Assembly: GCA_021325435.1 (NCBI GenBank)
Contig: JAJPHE010000126.1
Span: 27,791-91,790, forward strand
DNA: 64,000 nucleotides
DNA from: Actinomycetota bacterium
GTDB lineage: Bacteria; Actinomycetota; Acidimicrobiia; Acidimicrobiales; JAJPHE01
Reading direction: 5' to 3'
Made by a program: the position numbers and the translations under genes. The notes beneath the pieces are model-generated. The model was not told the DNA's origin. It worked only from the letters and a program-made list of their open reading frames with translations, and made no database searches. Shown here piece by piece: positions 47,896 to 56,202 of this stretch; position 1 is the first letter of the stretch; the number at the start of each line of letters is the position of its first letter.

Positions 47896-49914
47896 ATGTC
47901 CGCCGACGACCTGCTCGAGGGGCTCGACGAGGGCCAGCGCCTCGCCGTCACCAGTGACGGCGCCCCCCTGTGCGTGCTCGCCGGCGCCGGCTCGGGCAAG
48001 ACCCGGGTTCTCACCCGGCGGATCGCCTGGCGGGTCCGCACCGGCGACGCCCACCCCGGTCACCTCCTGGCCCTGACGTTCACCCGCAAAGCCGCTGGGG
48101 AGCTCTCCGAGCGCCTGAAGGCCCTCGGCATCCGCGACCGCATGGCGGCCGGCACCTTCCACGGGGTCGCCTACGCCCAGCTGCGGCGGCGCTGGGCCGA
48201 CCAGGGACGCACCCCACCTGCGCTGCTGGACCGCAAGTCGCGGGTCCTAGGGCGGATCGTTCCCCGCTCGGAGCGGGCCGGCGGCCTGCAGGCGGCCGAC
48301 GCCGCCACGGAGATCGAGTGGGCCAAGGCCCGCATGATCCTCCCCGACGGCTACGCCGAGGGGGCGGCCGCCGCCGGCCGCCGGCCGCCGTGCCCGCTCG
48401 AGCAGATGGCGTCGATCTACCGCCGCTACGAGGAGGAGAAGCGACGCCGGGGGCTGGTCGACTTCGACGACCTACTGGCCGAGTGCGCCGTGGCCGTCGA
48501 GGAAGACCAGGAGTTCGCCGCCGCCCAACGGTGGCGGTTCCGCCACCTGTTCGTCGACGAGTTCCAGGACGTGAACCCGGCCCAGTTCCGCCTGCTGTCG
48601 GCTTGGCTCGGCGGGCGCACCGACCTGTGCGTCGTGGGTGACCCCAACCAGGCCATCTACTCCTGGAACGGCGCCGACCCCACCCTGCTCACCCGGTTCA
48701 CCGAGCGCTTCCCGGCCACCACCGTCGTGAGGCTGGACGCCAACTACCGCTCCTCCCCCGAGGTCCTGTCGGTCGCCTCGGCCGTGCTGCGAGGCCCGGG
48801 TCGCACGGCCCCTGCGATGGTGGCGACCAGGGCGGAGGGCCCGGTGCCCTCGGTGCGGTCTTACTCGTCCGATCTCGACGAGGCGAGGGGCATCGCCCGG
48901 CTGGCCCGCACCAGCCGGCGCCCGGGCACACCGTGGTCCGACCTGGCCGTGCTCACCCGGACCAACGCCCAGCTGGCCGTCATCGAGCGGGCGTTCCGCG
49001 AGGCGCGCATCCCTGTGCGGGTGGCGGGCGGGGGCGCCTTCCTCGACCAGCCCGAGGTGCGCGACGCCCTGCGGGGACTGTCCCGCGGCGCGGGGTTCGC
49101 TCCATGGCTGACCGACCTCGACACGGCGGTGGTCGGGGACCTGGATCCCGTGGGCCCGGCCGACGCCTCGGCCGTAGAGGAGCGCCGCCTCCAGCTGGCC
49201 AACCTCGCCCGCCTCGGACACGAGTACGCGGCGATCGACCCGTCCCCGAGCGGGGGCGGCTTCACCGCCTGGTTGGCGTCCACTCTGGGTGCCGAGGGTG
49301 AGGACATCCGGCGCGACGCCGTCGATCTGGTGACCTTCCACCGCTCCAAGGGCCTCGAGTGGCCGACGGTGTTCTTGGCCGGCCTCGAGCGGGGTCTGGT
49401 GCCGATCGGGCGGGCGGCCGACCCGGCCGCCGAGGCGGAGGAGCGCCGCCTTCTGTACGTGGCGGTGACCCGCGCCGAGCGGCGGCTGCACTGCTCGTGG
49501 GCGGAGCGGCGCAGCTTCGGTGGCCGCCCGGTGTCGCGGTCGCCCTCCCCCTACCTCGAGGCGGTGGAGGAGGCCTGCCGGGCCCTGCGCGGTGGCCCGA
49601 CGCCGCCTGCGCCCGGCCGCATACGGACCGAACGACAGCGGCTGCACCGGAAAGGGGTGTCTCCGTCCGAGAGCCTGGCCGACGGGGCGGACCCGTCGGT
49701 GCTGGCCGCCCTGCGCCAGTGGAGGTCCGAAACGGCCCGGGCGTCGGGGGTCCCCGCCTATGTGATCTTCCACGACTCGACCCTGGCGGCGGTGGCGGCG
49801 GCATGCCCGTCTTCCGCCGACGAGCTCCTCGAGCTACCTGGCCTTGGGCCGGTCAAGGCGTCGCGCTACGGGGAGACCCTCCTCGCCTTGGTGGCCGAGC
49901 ACCGTCCCCTCTGA
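47896..49914 (+). CDS. uvrD2: ATP-dependent DNA helicase UvrD2 (C-terminal HRDC)
   Basis: AGAGSGKT, VDEFQD, GDPNQAIY, KGLEW, YVAVTRA, HRDC (VPAYVIFHDSTL). Confidence 0.92.
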   Translation: MSADDLLEGLDEGQRLAVTSDGAPLCVLAGAGSGKTRVLTRRIAWRVRTGDAHPGHLLALTFTRKAAGELSERLKALGIRDRMAAGTFHGVAYAQLRRRWADQGRTPPALLDRKSRVLGRIVPRSERAGGLQAADAATEIEWAKARMILPDGYAEGAAAAGRRPPCPLEQMASIYRRYEEEKRRRGLVDFDDLLAECAVAVEEDQEFAAAQRWRFRHLFVDEFQDVNPAQFRLLSAWLGGRTDLCVVGDPNQAIYSWNGADPTLLTRFTERFPATTVVRLDANYRSSPEVLSVASAVLRGPGRTAPAMVATRAEGPVPSVRSYSSDLDEARGIARLARTSRRPGTPWSDLAVLTRTNAQLAVIERAFREARIPVRVAGGGAFLDQPEVRDALRGLSRGAGFAPWLTDLDTAVVGDLDPVGPADASAVEERRLQLANLARLGHEYAAIDPSPSGGGFTAWLASTLGAEGEDIRRDAVDLVTFHRSKGLEWPTVFLAGLERGLVPIGRAADPAAEAEERRLLYVAVTRAERRLHCSWAERRSFGGRPVSRSPSPYLEAVEEACRALRGGPTPPAPGRIRTERQRLHRKGVSPSESLADGADPSVLAALRQWRSETARASGVPAYVIFHDSTLAAVAAACPSSADELLELPGLGPVKASRYGETLLALVAEHRPL

Positions 49915-49968
49915 GGAAAGGGGCGCACGGCCATTGACTAGCGGCCGGAGAGGCGCGACAACGGGTCC

Positions 49969-50265
49969 ATGGTCAAGTTCATCTGGCCGTCGGAGGACGG
50001 TTGGCCCTATCCCGACGTCGACGACGACGTGGTCGACCCGGACTGGTCGGAGGACGACGACCTGATGTCGCTGCGGGTCACGCCCGCCGGCCTGATGTCA
50101 GGGCTTGACAGCGATGAGCGCGACGTTATTACCGCCCGTTTCGGCTTGGACGGTCGGCCACCCCGCTCTCTCAAGCAGATCGAGGCGGCCACGGGGATGG
50201 CGCCCGGGGACCTCCGCCACCTCATGGGATCGGGTCTGGCCAAGCTGCGCACCCAGCTGCGCTGA
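49969..50265 (+). CDS. Stand-alone sigma70 region-4 domain protein
   Basis: LDSDERDVITARFGLDGRPPRSLKQI...GLAKLR. Confidence 0.75.
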   Translation: MVKFIWPSEDGWPYPDVDDDVVDPDWSEDDDLMSLRVTPAGLMSGLDSDERDVITARFGLDGRPPRSLKQIEAATGMAPGDLRHLMGSGLAKLRTQLR

Positions 50266-50269
50266 CGAC

Positions 50270-50995
50270 TCAGGCGCGGCCGTCACCGGTCCGGCCGCGC
50301 CTCTCCTCGCGGCGGGCGTAGAGCTCGGCGATCCGGTTCAGGTCGACCGAGATGAACACCCCCTCGGCCTCGGAGATGAGCTCCCCGTCGAGGAGGCAGC
50401 GACCGACAGTGGACGTCTTGCGGCCCTCGATGGCGACGATCTCGCCTTCGAGCCGCAGCTCGCGGTGCAGCGGCGTCGGCCTCCGGTAGCGGATGGTCAG
50501 GGTTCCGGTCATTCCGGGCTGGCCGCCGAGAGACTGGGTCATGCCCAGCAGCTCGTCGAACACGGCGGCCACGTATCCACCGTGGACGCACCCCGGTGGG
50601 CCCTCGTAGGCAGCTCCGAAGGTGACTCTGCCGACGACCATGTCGCCTTCGGGGATCAGGGATGCCGGCGGGGCCAACGGATTGGCTGGCCCCATCATGG
50701 GGCTGTGGTCGAAGAAGGCCCGGGGGGTGCCGGCGTTGGCCGATTCGGCGAATCCGTCGTAGGTCCGGCCCTGCCGGTGTCCCTCGAACGACTTGGCCAG
50801 CTGCTCGGCGGCGTCGGCAGCTCGGCGGATCTCCTCGAGCGGGGCCTCGGTGTTGACCAGCTTGTCGATCAGGTGCCGCAAGGCGTCGCCGAGCCGTCGC
50901 TGCTCCGCCCGGCGAGGAGTGAGCTCGGCCGCCATGGCCTCTCGCATCCGCTCGGCCCACTCCTCGTTGAAGCTCCCCTTGGCCGGCTCAGTCAT
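50270..50995 (-). CDS. PaaI family thioesterase
   Basis: GPANPLAPP, EGPPGCVHGG, FDELLG, YRRPTPL. Confidence 0.9.
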   Translation of the reverse strand: MTEPAKGSFNEEWAERMREAMAAELTPRRAEQRRLGDALRHLIDKLVNTEAPLEEIRRAADAAEQLAKSFEGHRQGRTYDGFAESANAGTPRAFFDHSPMMGPANPLAPPASLIPEGDMVVGRVTFGAAYEGPPGCVHGGYVAAVFDELLGMTQSLGGQPGMTGTLTIRYRRPTPLHRELRLEGEIVAIEGRKTSTVGRCLLDGELISEAEGVFISVDLNRIAELYARREERRGRTGDGRA

Positions 50996-51803
50996 CGGTC
51001 CTGAAGTCGATCACGAGCGGCGCATGGTCGGAGGGCAGCTTGCCCTTGCGAGCGTTGCGGTCGATCAGAGCCCACTGGGCCCGGGCGGCCAGCCCGGGGG
51101 TCGCCAGCACCAGGTCGATACGCATTCCCCGGTGCTGGTGGAAGTCGCCGGCCCGGTAGTCCCACCAGGTGAACAGCCGGTCCTCGCCCCGCACCTCACG
51201 GAACGTGTCGACCAGGCCCCACTCGAGGATGGCCCGCAGAGCCTTGCGCTCTGCGTCGCTGACATGGGTGGCCCCGACGAATGCCGCCGGATCCCACACG
51301 TCGCGGTCCTCGGGGGCGACGTTGAAGTCGCCGCAGACCACCACGTCCCCCTTCGGGTCGCACGATGCCTCGAGGTGAAGCCTCAGCTCCTCGAGCCAGT
51401 CGAGCTTGGCCACGTAGTGCTCGCTGCCCACGCTGCGCCCGTTGGGCACGTACACGGAGCAGACCCGGACTCCAGCGCAGGTGGCGGCGATGAAGCGGCT
51501 CTCCGCCTCTTCCGAGTCGGTGTCGAAGCCGGCCACAACCGCCTCCAAGCCGACGCGGGAGAGAATGGCGACGCCGTTCCACCGACCGGCGCCCCCGTGA
51601 TGGGCGCTGTCGTATCCCAGAGCTGAGAAGGCCATCGCCGGGAAGGCGGCATCGGAGACCTTGGTCTCCTGCATGCACAGGACGTCCGGCCGGGCGTACT
51701 GCAGCCACTCCTCGACCCGGGGCATGCGGGCCCGTAGCGAGTTGACGTTCCAGGTGGCGATGCGGAGGGTTCCGGGCGGCCGCCAACTCTGCTCCACCCA
51801 CAC
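50988..51803 (-). CDS. xth: Exodeoxyribonuclease III / AP endonuclease
   Basis: ATWNVNS, QETK, YVPNG, GDFN, RIDL, SDHAP; start uncertain. Confidence 0.94.
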   Translation of the reverse strand: MWVEQSWRPPGTLRIATWNVNSLRARMPRVEEWLQYARPDVLCMQETKVSDAAFPAMAFSALGYDSAHHGGAGRWNGVAILSRVGLEAVVAGFDTDSEEAESRFIAATCAGVRVCSVYVPNGRSVGSEHYVAKLDWLEELRLHLEASCDPKGDVVVCGDFNVAPEDRDVWDPAAFVGATHVSDAERKALRAILEWGLVDTFREVRGEDRLFTWWDYRAGDFHQHRGMRIDLVLATPGLAARAQWALIDRNARKGKLPSDHAPLVIDFRTDD

Positions 51804-51853
51804 GTTCTAGCCGAGCGGGAGGGGCTGGCGGACCGCCCCGTAGGCTGCCGGTC

Positions 51854-52441
51854 GTGGAGGCCGTGGTCTGGAGCGACTATCTCTGACCCTGGTGTTACGT
51901 CGGCCTGGATCGGTCGGCCCGGTTGGTCGAGCTGGGGGTGGCGGTCGTCCAGCTTCCCTTCGAGCTTCATCCTGAGATACCGCGGGGCGGCGTCGTCCGG
52001 CGCCGAGGCCCGGAGTCGTACGCCCGCATAGCGGACGAGTGCGCCAGGGCGGCCCTGGCCTTCAACCCTCCTCAGAGGGTCCCCAACACCCGCCTCGCCC
52101 TCGAGGCAGCCGAACTGGTGCGCCTCCGGTATCCGGCGGCATTCGAGCAGCTGAATCGCTCGCTCTTCGAGGCCCACTTCGTCGAGGGAGGCGACATCGG
52201 CGATCCGACGGTCGTCTACTCGCTGGTCGAGGAGGCGGGGGCCGATCCGGAGGAGATTCGGAGCCGGCGCCAGATCGGGGAGGGGCGTCGGATGGTCGAT
52301 TCCTCCATGGCAGCCGCCCGCGAGGCGGACGTGACCGGCACCCCGGCTTGGCTCCTCAACGGGTCACTGCTCATCCCAGGAGCTCAACCTCGCGACCTGT
52401 TCGAACGGGTGGTGCGGAGGCTCAGCTCCAGACACGGCTGA
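51854..52441 (+). CDS. FrnE/DsbA-family thiol oxidoreductase, probable selenoprotein (Sec at TGA 51884-51886)
   Basis: MEAVVWSDYL-U-PWCYVG...PFELHPE...PNTRLA...VTGTP...GAQP; in-frame TGA at the first Cys of CPWC; -10 TAGGCT 7 nt before GTG. Confidence 0.85.
51899..51918 (+). promoter_or_regulatory. Putative bacterial SECIS hairpin
   Basis: GUCGGCC-UGGAUC-GGUCGGC, 7-bp stem with GG in the loop, starting 12 nt after UGA. Confidence 0.65.
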
Positions 52442-52444
52442 AGG

Positions 52445-54175
52445 TCAGCCCGCCGTCTTGCGGGCGGACGTCTTCTTGGCCGGTGCCTTCTTGGCTGGTG
52501 TCTTCTTGGCTGCGGCGGTCGTCTTCGACGATTCGGCCTTCTTTGCGCCCGTCTTGGCGGCTGTGTCGGGCGCCTTCTTGGTCGTCTTCTTGGCCGTCGA
52601 CGCCCTCTTCGTCGTCGCCGTCTTCTTCGCCGTGGCGGTCTTCTTCGTCGTCGCCGTCTTCTTCGCCGTGACCGCCTTCTTCGTCGGGGCCGTCGTCTTC
52701 TTCGCCGCCACCGGCTTCTTGGACGCGGTCTTCGTCGCCGCCGCCTTCTTCGTAGTGGTGGCCTCTTTCGCCGCTGTCTTCGTCGTAGCGGCCTTCTTCG
52801 TCGTAGCGGCCTTCTTCGTCGCGGCGGCCTTCTTCGTCGCGGCGGCCTTCTTCGTCGCGGCGGCCTTCTTCGTCGTGGCTGTCTTCTTCGGCGCCGCCGC
52901 CTTCTTCGCCACCGCCTTGGTGGTGGCGGCCTTCTTCGTAGTAGCGGCGTCCTCTACGACTGCCGACGTCTTGCTCGCCCGGCGGGCGACCTTCTTGGTG
53001 GCCCCCGCCTTGCCCGCTCCCCTGGCGGGGACAGCCGCCTCGGCGGCTGCCGCCTTCCGGGTCGACTCACGCCTGCTTGTCTCATCCCTTCCGTCGCCGG
53101 GGGTGGAATCGGCTGTGATGCCGCCGGCCTCGGGACCAAGGCCATCGGTCGCCACCGCCCCGCGACGGCGACGACGTCCTCCCCGGCGGCGCGACCGGCG
53201 GCGGCTGGCCGACTCGGTCGATGCGATCTCGGCCTCGACCGTCTCCTCCTGGGGTGAACCCGACACGTGGACGTGTCCAGGCAGGGCCAGTTCGATCCCC
53301 CGCCGCTGAGGATCCAGCGCCTGGAGCACGAAGCGGCGGGTCTCGCCTTTGCGCAGGACCTCTCGGGCGCTGCGGGGCGGGGGGTCGCCCATCGCCGACA
53401 GCGGGATGTAGCAGCGGGCGTCCTCGACGACGACGAAGGCGCCGTGGGAGGAGAAGCTGTCGACCTCCCCCTCCAACTCATCGCCCAGCGGGTGGGCGGC
53501 GACGAAGGTGATGAAAGTAAGGGGTTCGTTCACCGCCTCCGGAGGAGGACCCGCCCTCTTGCGGCGGGGGGAAGAAGAGGAGGTGACTTCCTCGGTGGCG
53601 GTGGCGATCGCCTCCTGAACGGTTCCCCTCTGTTCTCGGCTGCGCCCTCGAGGGGGCGGCGCCTTCGGAACCGGCATGGGCTGAGAGGCGTCCTTCGACC
53701 CGATCCTCACGTTCTGGCGACGGGCCTCGCGAACCGCCTCACGACTCTTGGGGCCTCTCACCGGGTTGCGGGGCGTGAAGATCCAACCAATCCCAGGGAC
53801 GGGCTTGCCCCCGATGAGCCGGCCCTTGTCGAAAAGCCAGTCGTACTCACCGTGGAACTCCTGGAAGGAGTCGTTCGAGAGCACGGTCGCCCCGGACTTG
53901 TCGGCGATACGCAACAGGAAGGCATCGCCCCGTCCGATGGCCCCAGCGGGAGGTGACACCAGTTCGCCGTGGGACTGGGCCTCCTGGAACGCCTCTCGTT
54001 CCTTCTCCTCGATCCGGTGGCCGAAGGTGGCGTCGACCACGACCGTTATCTCCACGTCCGGGTGCTCCCGCTGGAACTCGCGGACGGCGTCGTCGAGCTG
54101 GGCCAGGCTGGGAACCGACCGCCCCTCAGTGGCGATGTTGGAGCCGTCGACGACGACGTGGGTGAAGGGCGGCAT
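52445..54175 (-). CDS. NYN (Zc3h12a/Regnase-like) RNase + S1 domain + Arg-rich tract + histone-H1-like tail
   Basis: VVVDGSNIA, VVVDA, GDAFLL, LSNDSF; S1 (GEVDSFSSHGAFV...YIPLS); RRRSRRRGGRRRRR; K/A/T repeats. Confidence 0.82.
   Translation of the reverse strand: MPPFTHVVVDGSNIATEGRSVPSLAQLDDAVREFQREHPDVEITVVVDATFGHRIEEKEREAFQEAQSHGELVSPPAGAIGRGDAFLLRIADKSGATVLSNDSFQEFHGEYDWLFDKGRLIGGKPVPGIGWIFTPRNPVRGPKSREAVREARRQNVRIGSKDASQPMPVPKAPPPRGRSREQRGTVQEAIATATEEVTSSSSPRRKRAGPPPEAVNEPLTFITFVAAHPLGDELEGEVDSFSSHGAFVVVEDARCYIPLSAMGDPPPRSAREVLRKGETRRFVLQALDPQRRGIELALPGHVHVSGSPQEETVEAEIASTESASRRRSRRRGGRRRRRGAVATDGLGPEAGGITADSTPGDGRDETSRRESTRKAAAAEAAVPARGAGKAGATKKVARRASKTSAVVEDAATTKKAATTKAVAKKAAAPKKTATTKKAAATKKAAATKKAAATKKAATTKKAATTKTAAKEATTTKKAAATKTASKKPVAAKKTTAPTKKAVTAKKTATTKKTATAKKTATTKRASTAKKTTKKAPDTAAKTGAKKAESSKTTAAAKKTPAKKAPAKKTSARKTAG
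52785..52874. repeat. Five tandem 18-bp units encoding TKKAAA/TKKAAT
   Basis: GTAGCGGCCTTCTTCGTC x2 then GCGGCGGCCTTCTTCGTC x3, within a larger degenerate array (about 52450-52990). Confidence 0.9.
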
Positions 54176-54245
54176 GACGCCGAGTAGTCAAGCATCCGGT
54201 CGCCACCCCCGTGGGCGACCGCCCCGGCGGCCATAGCATGGGCTC

Positions 54246-55577
54246 ATGGAACCGACCGGCGAGGTGGTGGAGCTCCTGCAGCAGCTGATCCGGAACCGCT
54301 GCGTCAACGACGGCACCCCCGATTCCGGAGACGAGAGCCGCAGCGTCGACACCCTCAGCTCCTATCTGGGCTCGGGCGGCTTCGAGCTCGAGGTCCACGA
54401 GGCCCGGCCGGGCCGGTCCTCCCTGGTCGCCCGGATCGAGGGAAGCGACCGCTCGGCCCCCACCCTGATGCTCATGGGCCACACCGACGTCGTGCCGGTC
54501 TCCCTCGACGGCTGGAGTCGCGATCCCTTCGGCGGGGAGCTCGTCGACGGGGAGGTATGGGGGCGGGGGGCGGTGGACATGCTCAACCTCACCGCCTCCA
54601 TGGCCGTGGCCTTCCGCCGGCTGGCCTCGAGCGGCTTCCGACCCCGGGGCGGGCTGGTGTACCTCGCCGTGGCCGACGAGGAGGCCCTCGGAACCTACGG
54701 GGCCGAGTGGCTGACGGAGAGCCGTTCCGACGCCGTGGCCGCCGACTACGTCATCACCGAGTCGGGCGGTATCCCCATCCCGACCCCGGCCGGCCCCCGC
54801 CTGCCGGTAGTGGTGGGCGAGAAGGGGACCTTCTGGTGCCGCCTCACCGTGCGCGGCACCCCGGGGCACGCGTCGCAGCCGCTGCGGACCGACAACGCAC
54901 TGATCAAGGCGGCGGAAGTCGTCCGACGCGTCTCCGCATACCGCCCGCAGGCCCGCATCCACGACGCCTGGAGGCGTTTCGTCGAAGGTCTCGGCCTGCC
55001 ACCCGAGCTGTCCGCTCCCCTGGTCGACCCGGGCCGGGTGACGGAGCTGTGCGAGACCCTTCCCGCTCTGGGCCTCGCCCGGCAGGCCCACGCTTGCACC
55101 CACACGACCTTCGCCCCGACCGTCGTGCACGGTGGAACCAAGACGAACGTCATCCCCGATCGGGTGGAGCTGGAGCTCGACATCCGGACCCTGCCGGGTC
55201 AGAGCGCCGAGGAGGTTAGAGCGATGATCCAAGAAGCGCTAGGTGACCTCTCCGGAGAGGTGACCGTGGACCCCCTCTCCCACGACCCTTCCACCGAGTC
55301 GCCCATCGAGACGCCGCTCTGGGACGCCCTCCAGAGGGTGGCGGCCGCCTTCCACCCGGGGGCCCAGACCATTCCCTTCCTGACCGCGGGCGCGACCGAC
55401 GCCCGTTTCTTCCGCCGCCTCGGCGTCCCTTCCTACGGTTTCGGCCTCTTCAGCACCCGCATGTCCTTCGACCAGTTCAGCGCCATGTTCCACGGGGACG
55501 ACGAGCGCGTCGACGTCGAGTCGCTGCGGCTCTCCACCGAGATGTGGCAGGCCCTGGCCCAGGACTTCCTCAGTTGA
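54246..55577 (+). CDS. M20/M25/M40 metallo-hydrolase
   Basis: GHTDVVP, WGRGAVDM, ADEE, GHAS, HGDDER. Confidence 0.92.
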   Translation: MEPTGEVVELLQQLIRNRCVNDGTPDSGDESRSVDTLSSYLGSGGFELEVHEARPGRSSLVARIEGSDRSAPTLMLMGHTDVVPVSLDGWSRDPFGGELVDGEVWGRGAVDMLNLTASMAVAFRRLASSGFRPRGGLVYLAVADEEALGTYGAEWLTESRSDAVAADYVITESGGIPIPTPAGPRLPVVVGEKGTFWCRLTVRGTPGHASQPLRTDNALIKAAEVVRRVSAYRPQARIHDAWRRFVEGLGLPPELSAPLVDPGRVTELCETLPALGLARQAHACTHTTFAPTVVHGGTKTNVIPDRVELELDIRTLPGQSAEEVRAMIQEALGDLSGEVTVDPLSHDPSTESPIETPLWDALQRVAAAFHPGAQTIPFLTAGATDARFFRRLGVPSYGFGLFSTRMSFDQFSAMFHGDDERVDVESLRLSTEMWQALAQDFLS

Positions 55578-56197
55578 CCGAGGTCAAGGCGGTGCTGTGG
55601 GACTTCGGCGGCGTCATCCTGTCGAGTCCGTTCGAGGCCTTCGCCCGCTACGAAGCCGAACAGGGTCTGCCCTCCGGCTTCATCCGCCGGCTGAACGCCA
55701 CCAACCCCGACGCCAACGCTTGGGCCCGGCTCGAGCGCAGTGAGGTCGGCATCGAAGAGTTCTGTGACCTGTTCGAGGCCGAGGCCAAGGCCGCCGGCCA
55801 CACCCTCGACGCCCGCGACGTGATCACCTTGCTGGCCGGCGAGATCCGCCCGGCGATGGTCGAGGCGGTCCGCCGCTGCCGCCGGCTGTTCAAGACGGCC
55901 TGCCTCACCAACAACTTCGTGGCGGGGGAACGCAGCTCCGACACCCTCGGAGTGCTCGAGCTGTTCGACGTGGTCGTCGAGTCGAGCCGGGTAGGCGTGC
56001 GCAAACCCGATCCCCGGTTCTACCGCATCGCCTGCGACGAGCTCGGCATCGAGCCGCGGGAAGCGGTGTTCCTCGATGACCTCGGCGTGAACCTCAAACC
56101 AGCCCGGGCGATGGGAATGACGACCATAAAGGTCGACGAGCCCGACCAGGCCCTCACCGAGCTGGAGGCGGTGTTGGGGCTCCCCTTGCGCGACTAG
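55574..56197 (+). CDS. HAD-IA family hydrolase
   Basis: WDFGGV, CLTNN, RKPDP, FLDDLGVNLKPA. Confidence 0.9.
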   Translation: MTEVKAVLWDFGGVILSSPFEAFARYEAEQGLPSGFIRRLNATNPDANAWARLERSEVGIEEFCDLFEAEAKAAGHTLDARDVITLLAGEIRPAMVEAVRRCRRLFKTACLTNNFVAGERSSDTLGVLELFDVVVESSRVGVRKPDPRFYRIACDELGIEPREAVFLDDLGVNLKPARAMGMTTIKVDEPDQALTELEAVLGLPLRD

Positions 56198-56202
56198 CCC
56201 GA

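Noticed and set aside
51854-51922. Pseudogene interpretation of the DsbA gene
   Set aside because: The single stop is TGA at the catalytic Cys position, with a downstream hairpin and an otherwise intact frame; Sec is more parsimonious, though unproven
52450-52990. CRISPR array, or the plus-strand hydrophobic ORF 52458-53309
   Set aside because: Tandem coding repeats without spacers; the plus ORF is the antisense shadow of the Lys/Ala tail
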